From a bacterium (GTDB taxonomy: Bacteria > Patescibacteriota > Saccharimonadia > UBA4664), in NCBI GenBank assembly GCA_016699105.1, contig CP064960.1:264727-328726 (forward strand): DNA of 64,000 bases, read 5' to 3'. The notes beneath the pieces are model-generated. The model saw only the letters and a list, made by a program, of their open reading frames with translations, had not been told where the DNA came from and made no database searches. Below are positions 9,101 through 17,621 of the stretch, one piece after another; positions within the stretch are counted from its first letter, which is position 1; each line of letters begins with the position of its first letter. A program made the translations under genes and the position numbers.

Positions 9101-12100
9101 TTTTAGTGGTTGGGTCTTCGTTATAGAAGGCGGCAGCGAGGGTGTTGATGCCTTCATCGTAGGTAGTTTGTGATCGAGGTGTTTGATTGGTATATGTAGC
9201 AAACGGCGCCCGATAGGCATTGCTCGGGTTTGCAGTCGTACTAACCGGAGCTGTTGGTCGCTTCCATACGGGCAGTCCGGCTTCATTGTAAATATTGGCT
9301 TGGCCGGTATTTTCAATGACTGTGCGACAATATGATCCGCCGACAGTATTGCTTGCCCAATAATCGGTAGCTCCGTTGTAGAGTACCAGGTTGCAGTCTG
9401 ATTGCATCAAGAGATGCGTGACAGCATGACCACCTGTCTGGCTACTCCAAACGGGTCCGGATGGTCCATATACTACGAGATTCCCATCGGATTGTAAGGC
9501 GAGACTGAAACGGCCATCTTGCGACATGAGGTAGCCACCCGGATACATAAACGAATTGGTAGACAAGACTCCTTTGGGAAACCACGCTGCTGGCGCGGGT
9601 CCGTATTGGTCAGTCGGCCGGTCGGCATAGTCATAGGCGATGGTGGAGCGCATACCTGTAGGATCGGTGGTAGCGACTACGAGGTCTTTGAGCTGATCCC
9701 ATTCGGTAGTGGTGGTGAGATCGGCAGCAGATGTATCGGATAATGTGCGGTAGATACCATCGTAGGTAATTTTGCGGCTAAAGCCATTTGGTTCCGCTGC
9801 CCCTGTGACGTGGATGCGTGATTCTCCTACTCGGTATTCATACGTGCGAGCCAGGCGGCTAGCACCGGCAGTGGCGGCGGGTAAGGTTGCACTAACAACC
9901 CGACCGAGGACATCGAAGGTATAGTCAGTACGTTCAGTGCCATCTTGGTTTCTGACACTAGCTGTAATTGCATCGTTTGCGAGACTATCACGAATGGAAT
10001 TGATGCGGCCTAAGTTGTCATAGCCATAATCGGTGAGGTCGGTTCCGGGCAATTCTATGCGCGCCAGACGAGGTATACCGCCTGAATCATTTGCATAAAA
10101 GAGTTTGGTTTGACGTCCATCGGAAGTGGCGACGGCACATAACATGCCCGAGGGTGTACTAACGAATCCACCGGGAACTGCCGGGCAGTTGGCATTACCC
10201 TGATAGTATAATTTTGCCCAACGGTCGGTGGAGATCCCGTCTGTTACCTGATCGAGCCGGGCAGGACTACCAGAGTAGGAATACGTTAAAGCTGCTGGAC
10301 GCAAGTCGTCTACTGGCATCGAGGTTGAACGCAACGTGCCATCGGAGCCGAAAATATAGGTTCGCCCATCGGTGTCTTGCAAAGTGATCGTACCGTCACC
10401 GGCGCGTGAGAGCTGTCCTGCTTCCCCGGAAGGCGGCGTAAAAACTGACCCCGAATATTTGTATTCATGCGAATTTCCTGACGTGTCGCGCAGCGTGACA
10501 CTATTGGTGTTGATGACTGCAAAATCGTAATTGACGTTATCGTCGATACCAAGCGTCCAGCCATCAGGTACCACTTGAGCTTTGGGTAAAAGCCAATCGC
10601 TTGGCACTGGCAGACCTTTGTCGATACCAGGGCCATCGACATACAAGCCAACATTGGCGGCTCCGGTGACTTCCTTGTACTCAACGGTAATTTGGGTGGT
10701 GTCACCGGCATTGGCAAATGATACCGTATTTGTTGCCCAGGTGGGCGTAGTGGTGGCGCCGCTCGACCATGTGTCGACCTGAGTTGTGCCGCCAACAATT
10801 ACCTTAGCCCCGTCATCTGATTGGGCGCCAAATTTGTAATTGCCGGCTTGGGGTGCCTTGAAGTAACCAGTCCAGCGCACCACAAAGTTGTCTGTGGGTC
10901 CTCCCGGTAACGGTGAGCCGTTGCCCCAATCTTGACTAGGGCTTGTATCTGATCGGACGAGAAACGTTCCGTTAGTATCAGTGTAGCTGGTAGGTAGGGT
11001 GGCGCCGTTGTAATAGCGTCCGATGAGTCCGTGGGGTGTGGCAACAGACCGGATACCAGTTTGCAACCAGTCAGCCGGTATGGGTCCGGCAGGTACTTTG
11101 CCATCAGTTGACCGCGCCAAGAATTGTACTGAGGCAGAGCCAGTAGTTTCAGCGTACTCGAGCTTTACTTTGACGATCTGTCCGGCAGTTAAGGCAACGT
11201 TACCACCCCACAAGCCGCTTTGTGATGTATTCCAAGAGTCTAGGTACGATTGGTCATCTAGATATAAACGCGCTCCATTGTCGTGGGCGAGCCCGAAATT
11301 ATAGGTTTTAGTTTGAGGCGCTACAAAGTAGCCAGTCCAACGAATTAGAAAATTATCTGTAGTTACAATACCTGGATAGGGACTACTGGATCCCCAATTG
11401 TAGTCGATACCATTATCTATTTTCGTTATTGCGGCTGCGGTACCGGCAGATGGGAATGTCCGAGTAGCTGACGGGTCATTATAGTATTCACCTACAAGGC
11501 CTGCCCGTGAACGCCATGGAGAATTGTAATCTAGGCCAATACCGAGAGTACCGCCTAATGCGGCAATGCCATGGGATTTAGCACTGGTAGTAGCGTTGCC
11601 GGAAGCTAAGTCGACGCTTAGGCCGCCAGCTGAATCATAACTTTGCGTACTATCTTGCCCACTTCGCAGGTCTACCCGAAATGATTGGGTAGGACCATAC
11701 GTTGGTATAACTCCGGTGCGATTATCCCAAGTTTGAACCTGCCAATAGTAGGTTGTGCCATCGCGCAAGATGTTATCGGGTATGGTCCATTTATTTGTGG
11801 TATAACCTGAGTCGGCAATGATTCCGCCAACTGAATTGGTGCCAGTTTTAACGGTGCCAATAACAAAACGGTAATTGACGGGATCTCCATCGGCATCGGT
11901 AGATGTGCTGGCCGTGAAACTCGGCTGCGTGGTAACGACGGTCTGGCCTTCGAGCGGAGCCAGTCCACTGCTGGCTGTGGGCAAGTTGGTGTAGTTGAAC
12001 CACACCTGAGTCTTGTCGTAGGCAAACTGTTTGTATGAGTAATAATTATTCTGATTTTCCTCGCCCCAGACCATAAACCAGGCGTTAGGGTCACCAGAAG

Positions 12101-13496
12101 CTGCCCGTTCCCGGTACATGTCGGTGGTATTGATGTCATAGGCGTTGGTATTCCATTGGGTAGCCGAGGGAGTGTTAGATGCAACACAACTAAAGCAGTT
12201 GCCGGTGTTGAGTTTGGTCGTAATGTAATGGCCATCGCAGTTGCCATATGCGGGATTGCTACAGGTGGGCATTTCAACATGGAAATTGGCTTCTATGAGG
12301 TATTTGGTCGGTGAAACAAATTGCGAGTAATCTACATGGTAGGCAAAGCGCCAATATTTGTTACTAATTGAACCAGTCGAATTACCGCAGCCTTGTCCGG
12401 CATAGCAGATAAATCCGTCAGACTTGTAATTTACGTAATTGTTGCTGGGGCCGCTTTGGACAACAAAGGTTGGATCTACAACCAATGGGAAGTCGGCAGT
12501 TGCACGGTCATTTAACCACTTTGGGTCGACGGTGATTGTCAGCCGTTGGCCTTTGAGTTTTTGACTAACGTATGGCTCAGCACCGATGATACCTTCGGTT
12601 TGAGTAGCAATGGTAGGTGCAGGAATAACGAAATCTTTGAGATTACCGTCGAGTTTGAACCAACCTGCTGGACGGTCAGCAACAGGCGTGAGAGAGGTGC
12701 CTGTTATATCAAAATTGAACGTGTTTGAAGCGAGTCGGCTTTTGATGATGATGTGTTCGCGTAGCTCTGACCCAAGTACGGCATACATGAGATCAATACC
12801 CGGCCAGGCATTGCGATATGTAACAGTTTGAACGCCATCTGATTCTGAGACTACCGGGTCAACGGCTGCTGCTCCAGCGGGTTTTAGGCTAACAGTTTGG
12901 TCGCCTTGAACGAGTTCAAGATTGGTGGCGCTGACTTTGCCGAACCGGACCTGCCACGAGTTCGCTCGACTTTTCCAACGGCCATCAGAACTATCTTGAA
13001 CTAGGGTGGTGTCTACTTTTTGCCAAGACCCTGCAGTGTCACGAAAGTTTGATGCCTGAAACGTTTCAACCGCAGTCTTGGTTCCATCCGCATTCTGATA
13101 AACAGTACGGTGGCCGGTGCGATCTTCGGGGAGCGTGGCTACCCGTGTTAGGTCACGTGGTCGACCTTTCGTGGCTATATCTCGATCTTCATCGAGTTGT
13201 TGCTGCAACGACTTTGAAATGGGCTGGGCTTTGGCGGCTGGTTCGATGGCATCGCTGGCGGTAATTTGGTCGGTAGTGTCTAGAGCGGCTAATGATTGTG
13301 GAGTGCGGGATTGTTGTCGTTGATAATATGACAAGAGCGCCGGGAGGCTCGTACCACTAATGCGAGAATTAGTATTGTGGCAATAAAACGGCGGACAGGG
13401 ACATGGGTGAATTTGAACGACCAATGCCGACGCAGCATAGTACACCTCAACAACACTTATTACTTGCAGCATAAGCTTATTCTCAGAGTGGTGCAA
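6156..13496 (-). CDS. giant RHS/YD-repeat polymorphic toxin with bulb-type lectin and three PA14 domains; C-terminal ~200-aa variable toxin domain
   Basis: Uninterrupted 2446-aa ORF. PA14-like segments at 'GLVGEYYNDPS...IRWTGYF', 'GLIGRYYNGATL...VRWTGYF' and 'WVHLMQTGTYKWRAYTDDGFLLYIDD'. Bulb lectin: 'SQDGRFSLALQSDGNLVVYG...QSDCNLVLYN'. Many YD repeats ('YTYDxxGR'). RHS core end '[34 protein letters not shown]' followed by a Cys-containing unique tail. The N-terminal start is uncertain, because an alternative-frame ATG near 13438 gives a signal-peptide-like start. Confidence 0.85.
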   Translation of the reverse strand: MHHSENKLMLQVISVVEVYYAASALVVQIHPCPCPPFYCHNTNSRISGTSLPALLSYYQRQQSRTPQSLAALDTTDQITASDAIEPAAKAQPISKSLQQQLDEDRDIATKGRPRDLTRVATLPEDRTGHRTVYQNADGTKTAVETFQASNFRDTAGSWQKVDTTLVQDSSDGRWKSRANSWQVRFGKVSATNLELVQGDQTVSLKPAGAAAVDPVVSESDGVQTVTYRNAWPGIDLMYAVLGSELREHIIIKSRLASNTFNFDITGTSLTPVADRPAGWFKLDGNLKDFVIPAPTIATQTEGIIGAEPYVSQKLKGQRLTITVDPKWLNDRATADFPLVVDPTFVVQSGPSNNYVNYKSDGFICYAGQGCGNSTGSISNKYWRFAYHVDYSQFVSPTKYLIEANFHVEMPTCSNPAYGNCDGHYITTKLNTGNCFSCVASNTPSATQWNTNAYDINTTDMYRERAASGDPNAWFMVWGEENQNNYYSYKQFAYDKTQVWFNYTNLPTASSGLAPLEGQTVVTTQPSFTASTSTDADGDPVNYRFVIGTVKTGTNSVGGIIADSGYTTNKWTIPDNILRDGTTYYWQVQTWDNRTGVIPTYGPTQSFRVDLRSGQDSTQSYDSAGGLSVDLASGNATTSAKSHGIAALGGTLGIGLDYNSPWRSRAGLVGEYYNDPSATRTFPSAGTAAAITKIDNGIDYNWGSSSPYPGIVTTDNFLIRWTGYFVAPQTKTYNFGLAHDNGARLYLDDQSYLDSWNTSQSGLWGGNVALTAGQIVKVKLEYAETTGSASVQFLARSTDGKVPAGPIPADWLQTGIRSVATPHGLIGRYYNGATLPTSYTDTNGTFLVRSDTSPSQDWGNGSPLPGGPTDNFVVRWTGYFKAPQAGNYKFGAQSDDGAKVIVGGTTQVDTWSSGATTTPTWATNTVSFANAGDTTQITVEYKEVTGAANVGLYVDGPGIDKGLPVPSDWLLPKAQVVPDGWTLGIDDNVNYDFAVINTNSVTLRDTSGNSHEYKYSGSVFTPPSGEAGQLSRAGDGTITLQDTDGRTYIFGSDGTLRSTSMPVDDLRPAALTYSYSGSPARLDQVTDGISTDRWAKLYYQGNANCPAVPGGFVSTPSGMLCAVATSDGRQTKLFYANDSGGIPRLARIELPGTDLTDYGYDNLGRINSIRDSLANDAITASVRNQDGTERTDYTFDVLGRVVSATLPAATAGASRLARTYEYRVGESRIHVTGAAEPNGFSRKITYDGIYRTLSDTSAADLTTTTEWDQLKDLVVATTDPTGMRSTIAYDYADRPTDQYGPAPAAWFPKGVLSTNSFMYPGGYLMSQDGRFSLALQSDGNLVVYGPSGPVWSSQTGGHAVTHLLMQSDCNLVLYNGATDYWASNTVGGSYCRTVIENTGQANIYNEAGLPVWKRPTAPVSTTANPSNAYRAPFATYTNQTPRSQTTYDEGINTLAAAFYNEDPTTKTLVGTPRKHQTGLNPADKGVYAIWGTNWPGYGIGQPITPDSGKGWGARVTGWVHLMQTGTYKWRAYTDDGFLLYIDDQLIVGDWRDTGYRQLTEGNYVNTADSWHRIRIEKYTAPSTLSDARLDLCVTRPDAYYDCAIQNWGWSPGYGLSTTNKVYDSQVGNTTATNNYGTNPELGLLTSATADPTGLNYSSSSTYETPGATGSYLRQTGKTLPGGTATTYSYYAATDTADNPCTAGTTESYKQAGMSKLKTEQDPDGGGTLSGRKTEVIYDDAGRIVASRMIGATNQTDPWSCTTYDSRGRVSQTITPTISGRTGRTISYDYAVSGNPLNGSSTDSVTGTSSVTIDLLGRTTNTTDVFGYTTSTTYDTLGRVSQTTSLKGTEVPTYNTLSQVTSYALDGTTYATMTYDSYSRLATVNYPQATNGTNTLRLTQVTRDNLQRTTGSVFTFADNTTISETVGLSVQKGLVTSDSLTQGGKTAGASYLYDGLGRLTQATVDNWQYQYGFGTQQAACTSTPGYNANAHKNGNRTSTAVTNTLTSSTTTSNYCYSAADRLASSTDTQVGTPTYDDRGNITQLAGAGTPIQFTYDASDQNTKIQQGTNWTEYVKSAGGSVLIKREYRNSVLDKVYRNAGGVMLTCSTSNQSSCTTLDKYIGLPGGVSLTLKNGTPVYSVKNFHGDTAIQVGANGLPSTAVMLYDPFGQVLASNTFGTSKTSLTNASDNGMGWAADPARKSESMFSIPVVEMGARVYLPSVGRFTSVDPVEGGSVNSYSYVNDPVSSNDYSGRCVPGVYCSANTDYLLQGAPQKTTVNAAPAPISATINQGVWRQATVRAAPNTQQQNRQTARDIQSGSIVRSLPPSNPSPGESGWGYINVGVSYGFLIPVPGTAIPIPWGAGAGVMVNNQGARPYWGTGPSTPGKGLNITYSPSEPTEGCTTSWTAGAGFGVSSGNDLDPRKAEYGLMLPGGASVFTQCVGSPFVLY

Positions 13497-13697
13497 TGAT
13501 AGTATTTGGTATGAAATTTAATCAGAAGTCACGTACGACCAGCCGGGCTGCCAGGCCTTGCGGGGCGCCAGTCTTCGGCGACGGCCTGGGGCCAGGTGCG
13601 GTGGCGGAGGAGGACTTCGAGGGCGAGTTGTGGGGCATGATGACCCATGATGGCGATGTGCTGGCCGTCGTAGTTTTTCTGTAAGAATTCGACGAAA

Positions 13698-14063
13698 CTA
13701 TGGATGCGGTGCTCGACGTCCTGGTAGCTTTCGCCGCCGGGGGAAGGGCGTGGTGAAATAGTCGGCTAGGTTGGCTTTGAAGGTGTCGGGTTGGCCATTA
13801 AAATCGCCGTAGTTGCATTCGCGCAGGCGCTTGTCTTGGATGATGTGATATTGGTAGCCAAAGCCAATTTCGGCTGATTCGACCGCCCGCTTGAGATCGG
13901 AGCTGAAAATAGCGTCAAACTTGATGTGTTTGACTTGCTTGCCGAGATCGTTGGCTTGCTTGCGACCAGTGGGCGACAATTCGCCGGGGAGCCAGCCGGT
14001 GGCTCGGTCTTCTTCGTCATCGAACGTAGTACCGTGAACGAAATAGGTTATGTGGACACTCAT
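13698..14063 (-). CDS. histidine phosphatase (phosphoglycerate mutase-like) family protein, probably C-terminally frameshifted
   Basis: 'YFVHGTTFDDEEDRATGW...SPTGRKQA' resembles the 'RHGE(T/S)xWN' fold, with R replaced by V. The ORF ends in an odd Pro/Arg tail and the downstream frame continues in a plausible phosphatase sequence. Confidence 0.4.
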   Translation of the reverse strand: MSVHITYFVHGTTFDDEEDRATGWLPGELSPTGRKQANDLGKQVKHIKFDAIFSSDLKRAVESAEIGFGYQYHIIQDKRLRECNYGDFNGQPDTFKANLADYFTTPFPRRRKLPGRRAPHP

Positions 14064-14068
14064 AGTAC

Positions 14069-14554
14069 CTATTTTAGGCTACGTGTATCAGGATTCAAGT
14101 CAGATGGGGCTTTCGAGCGCACCAGATCGTCGACGAGGCGGGTAATTTGGGTGAAGGCAGCGGCTACAGCGGCGGTCTTGGCTGACTCAGTAACAGCGAT
14201 CCGGCCCGGTTCGCCCATATCGGCTACGTCCCAGACGAGAGTTGATTTTGGCAAACTGTAGGTATCTTTGGCTTCGGCGCAAACGACGGCGTTTAGGCAG
14301 ACGACCATATCGGCCCAATTGATGTGTGCCTGAGTTAAGGCATCGGCGTAATGATCTTTGGTGAAAGGTCCGAGACCTTGCGCTTGGAGGAAGGTGAAGG
14401 TCCGCTGGTAGCTTTGCTGGTTGAAACCTTTGTGTTCGACCGCCAGTGTGCCGGCTGAGCGACAAGCCACGTCAGGCAGACCTAAAGAATTGGTGTAGGC
14501 TTCGGCGATCAGGCTGCGGAAAGCATTGCCGCGGCAGACATAGAGAATGTTCAT
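14069..14554 (-). CDS. low-molecular-weight protein tyrosine phosphatase / ArsC-like phosphatase
   Basis: N-terminal P-loop 'ILYVCRGNAFRSLIAEA' (CX5R); 161 aa. Confidence 0.6.
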   Translation of the reverse strand: MNILYVCRGNAFRSLIAEAYTNSLGLPDVACRSAGTLAVEHKGFNQQSYQRTFTFLQAQGLGPFTKDHYADALTQAHINWADMVVCLNAVVCAEAKDTYSLPKSTLVWDVADMGEPGRIAVTESAKTAAVAAAFTQITRLVDDLVRSKAPSDLNPDTRSLK

Positions 14555-14565
14555 ATAACCTTAGT

Positions 14566-15690
14566 CTACTGGGTCGGGCATAGCTCGGCCACATCACCGT
14601 GGTAGGCCAGCATGGTCTTGGTGAGGGCGCAGGTGCGAGCACTGATGTCAGATTGTGACGGTTGGGCTGCCGCCTGCGGCCAGCGTCCGTGTTTGATGGC
14701 ACCGAGGAGGCTGGTGATAAAACCAGTTGAGCTGTCGGAGCGGACGACGGTGTAATCGGCACCCACTTGGGCGGCTTCGGCCAGGAGCGAGTAGGCATCG
14801 TCACGGTTGGCGGTGGCATCGATGAGTTTGAGGTCTTTGGCGGTTTTATTGTCGTAGCTGAGGGCGCCAATCTGGTTTTTGATGGTGTCGGCCGTGAGCT
14901 GGCGGCGGGAAGCTACGTAAGCCACAAAGTTTTCGTACTCATTATTGACTTGGCGCTGGAGGAGGGCGACCTCATCACCAGTCAGACGGCGGTAGGGGTT
15001 GCCAATGTCTTTGGAACGGCCGGCGGTGATGTAGGTTTGTTCGACACCGTTCTGGGTGATGACTCCACCCCCGAGCAGACCGCCGTCGGTGGCAATAACT
15101 TTGTTGTAATACTCGAATGGCCCCATGATGACGCCGATGCTGCCGGTGTCTGAACCGTAGTCGGCTAAGATTTTGTCGGTGCTGGCGGCGGCCCAGTAGG
15201 CACCGGAGTCACCCATGCCCGAGATAAAGGCATAGACGGGCTTCTTGGTTTGGGTGCGGTAGTATTCGACACCGTCAGCGATGGCGTGAGAGCCGTAAAT
15301 GGTGCCGCCAGGTGAGTTGATCTCTAAGATTACGCCCTTGATGTCGGGGCTATCGGCGGCGGCTATGAGCTGGTCCTTGATGGCATAGCCCGAGGACAAA
15401 CCGCCAAGTGACCCAAAGAAGGTGTCGGCTTCGGTCTCGCCGGCAATGATGCCCTCGACTTTGATCGACAACAGCTGGTTGAGTCCGTCACCATAGACGG
15501 GCGTCAGGCTAGAGAGGGCGCCACCTTGGCTGGGGGCCGGTGGCGTGCTGGCGGCCAGGCCGATAGCTAAAATTATGAGGAAGAACAACGGGGCGAGTAA
15601 ACACAACATCAGGGTGTGGTAGCCCACAAAGATAAAACCAGCGAACTTAAGTAAATTCTTGTAATAGGGGTGCCGAGTGAAAAATGACAT
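14566..15690 (-). CDS. sppA: signal peptide peptidase SppA (S49 family)
   Basis: N-terminal TM, then 'GVILEINSPGGTIYGS...YAFISGMGDSGAYWAAAS', typical of the SppA/ClpP-crotonase fold. Confidence 0.7.
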   Translation of the reverse strand: MSFFTRHPYYKNLLKFAGFIFVGYHTLMLCLLAPLFFLIILAIGLAASTPPAPSQGGALSSLTPVYGDGLNQLLSIKVEGIIAGETEADTFFGSLGGLSSGYAIKDQLIAAADSPDIKGVILEINSPGGTIYGSHAIADGVEYYRTQTKKPVYAFISGMGDSGAYWAAASTDKILADYGSDTGSIGVIMGPFEYYNKVIATDGGLLGGGVITQNGVEQTYITAGRSKDIGNPYRRLTGDEVALLQRQVNNEYENFVAYVASRRQLTADTIKNQIGALSYDNKTAKDLKLIDATANRDDAYSLLAEAAQVGADYTVVRSDSSTGFITSLLGAIKHGRWPQAAAQPSQSDISARTCALTKTMLAYHGDVAELCPTQ

Positions 15691-15972
15691 GCTTTTATTG
15701 TGGTATAACGCTTACGTTTGTACAAGCGGCAAGATCACAAATGACTCAGTCGTCAAGAATTTGTGTGATAAGCAGAAGCGTTTTGAGCTTAAAACCGATC
15801 GCTCCCGTACGCGTGTTAAGCGCTTTCCCCCATCACTTTCCCCCCGTTGTCCCCAGGGTTTTCCACTGGTTTTATATCTGTTGGCTGATGAGCCTGTGTA
15901 AAAATAGGCTACGAGGATTTGGGTGCAATATCAAGCGTTGTGGATAAGCGGTTTGAGACGTAGTATAGAGGT
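15691..15972. promoter_or_regulatory. candidate oriC / dnaA promoter region with DnaA boxes
   Basis: Perfect DnaA box TTATCCACA (as 'tgtggataa' at ~15939-15947) immediately upstream of dnaA. Degenerate boxes: 'tgtgtgataa' ~15762 and 'ttttccact' ~15860. AT-rich patches are present. Confidence 0.5.
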
Positions 15973-17346
15973 ATGCAAGATGTGAAGGGGTTGTGGCAAT
16001 CTGTGCTGGGGGACTTGGAGACCACCATCTCTGAGGCTATGTTTAAAACCTGGTTTAAGCAGACCGACATTCTGACCAAGGAAGATGGTCATGTTGTAGT
16101 GGCAGTGCCTAATGCCTTTGCGCAAAAGTGGCTGCGGGATAAATTCCATGGTGAAATCAAAACCGCACTGGCCCGGGCTGACCGGACTATTCAGACGGTT
16201 GATTACAAAATCATCCAAGTACCCAAGGAGCCAGTTAAGCCCGGCCGAGTAGCTCCGGCGACTTTCAAAAAAACGACGGTGGAGCAAATCGCCATTCCGA
16301 CGACGCCAGCCCCGAAAACTAATTTGAACCCACGTTATACCTTCGCCACATTTGTGGTGGGCGGCAGCAATGATTTCGCCCATGCGGCCGCTCAAGCTGT
16401 GGCTAAGAATCCGGGGACTAAATATAATCCCCTCTTTATATATGGTGGCGTGGGTCTTGGTAAGACACATCTCATGCAGGCCGTGGGTAATGAAATTGTG
16501 CACAAGGACCCCAGTAAGCGCATCGAGTATGTGAGTATCGAGAGTTTTACGAACGAATTTATTAACGCTATTCAAAAGAAAAAAAATGACGCGTTTGCCG
16601 ACAAGTACCGCGGGGTCGACGTACTCATAATTGATGATATGCAGTTTTTGGCGGGTAAAGAAAAAACCCAGGACGAATTTTTTCATACCTTTAATGCCCT
16701 CCACCAAGCCAACAAGCAGATTATTATCTCCAGCGATAAACCACCTAAACTCCTGACAATGCTCGAAGATCGCTTGATCAGCCGCTTTGAAATGGGTATT
16801 ACGGTGGACATCCAACCGCCCGACCTTGAGACTCGCTCGGCTATTATTCAAAACAAGGCCGCTTCTCAAGGTATGGTGTTGCCGCTCGAAGTCGTTGACT
16901 TCATCGCCCGTCACGCTCAACATAATATCCGAGAACTTGAGGGAACACTCACCAAGGTATTGGCGGAGCTAGAACACAACAAGGGTACGATGTCGCTGGA
17001 GCGGGTACGATCACTATTGGCTCATGATGCGGCAGCCCGGCCCCGACTACGCGTCACCAATGCCAAGACCATCATGGAACGGGTGGCTCGATATTTCGAT
17101 CTGACAGTAGCCGACCTAGAAGGACCAAAACGCGACAAAGAAATCGTGGTGCCGCGGCAAATCGCTATGTACCTGATGCGAACCGATCTCGATTTGAGTT
17201 TTCCCAAAATTGCAGCAGCGGTCGGTGGGCGTGACCATACTACCGCCATGCACTCAGTCCAAAAGCTCGAGAAACTGGTCGACAATGACGATACGTTACG
17301 TAGTGACATAACAGCCATTCGCGAACAACTCGGATTGGTAAATTAG
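15973..17346 (+). CDS. dnaA: chromosomal replication initiator DnaA
   Basis: 457 aa; Walker A 'GGVGLGKTHL'; AAA+ sensor motifs; C-terminal DnaA-box-binding HTH ('IAMYLMRTDLDLSFPKIAAAVGGRDHTTAMHSVQKL'). Confidence 0.95.
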   Translation: MQDVKGLWQSVLGDLETTISEAMFKTWFKQTDILTKEDGHVVVAVPNAFAQKWLRDKFHGEIKTALARADRTIQTVDYKIIQVPKEPVKPGRVAPATFKKTTVEQIAIPTTPAPKTNLNPRYTFATFVVGGSNDFAHAAAQAVAKNPGTKYNPLFIYGGVGLGKTHLMQAVGNEIVHKDPSKRIEYVSIESFTNEFINAIQKKKNDAFADKYRGVDVLIIDDMQFLAGKEKTQDEFFHTFNALHQANKQIIISSDKPPKLLTMLEDRLISRFEMGITVDIQPPDLETRSAIIQNKAASQGMVLPLEVVDFIARHAQHNIRELEGTLTKVLAELEHNKGTMSLERVRSLLAHDAAARPRLRVTNAKTIMERVARYFDLTVADLEGPKRDKEIVVPRQIAMYLMRTDLDLSFPKIAAAVGGRDHTTAMHSVQKLEKLVDNDDTLRSDITAIREQLGLVN

Positions 17347-17621
17347 GTTGGAAATATGGGGGGAGAACTACGTGGAAAAGCCTGAGGATAGAGTGGGGAC
17401 AGTCTGTGGGAGGAATGGTAGTCGTCCACAAGACAGCAACCGACGACTCCAAAATATACACAAGGTTGTGCGCAGGTACTCCCGAGGATATACCCAAGTT
17501 GTACGCAAGTGCTGTGACCATTCCGAGCTTACCGTGAGCCACATTTGGACTTTTACCCAGAATCCACAGGACCTATGATTATGACTATGATTTATAGAGT
17601 AAAAAATAATAGGGTCAGAAC
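17347..17621. promoter_or_regulatory. dnaA-dnaN intergenic region with DnaA-box-like sites
   Basis: 'cgtccacaag' (~17427) and 'gaatccacagg' (~17560) are 7/9 matches to TTATCCACA. Confidence 0.3.

Noticed and set aside
13496-13684. 62-aa + strand ORF upstream of the rhs start and 13766..14020 minus-strand ORF inside the phosphatase gene
   Set aside because: Short, overlapping better-supported genes, without motifs; treated as noise.
15931-16923. 330-aa minus-strand ORF covering most of dnaA, plus other antisense ORFs inside dnaN (18050..18286) and VirB4
   Set aside because: Antisense to strongly conserved genes (DnaA, sliding clamp); no independent signals. Spurious six-frame ORFs.
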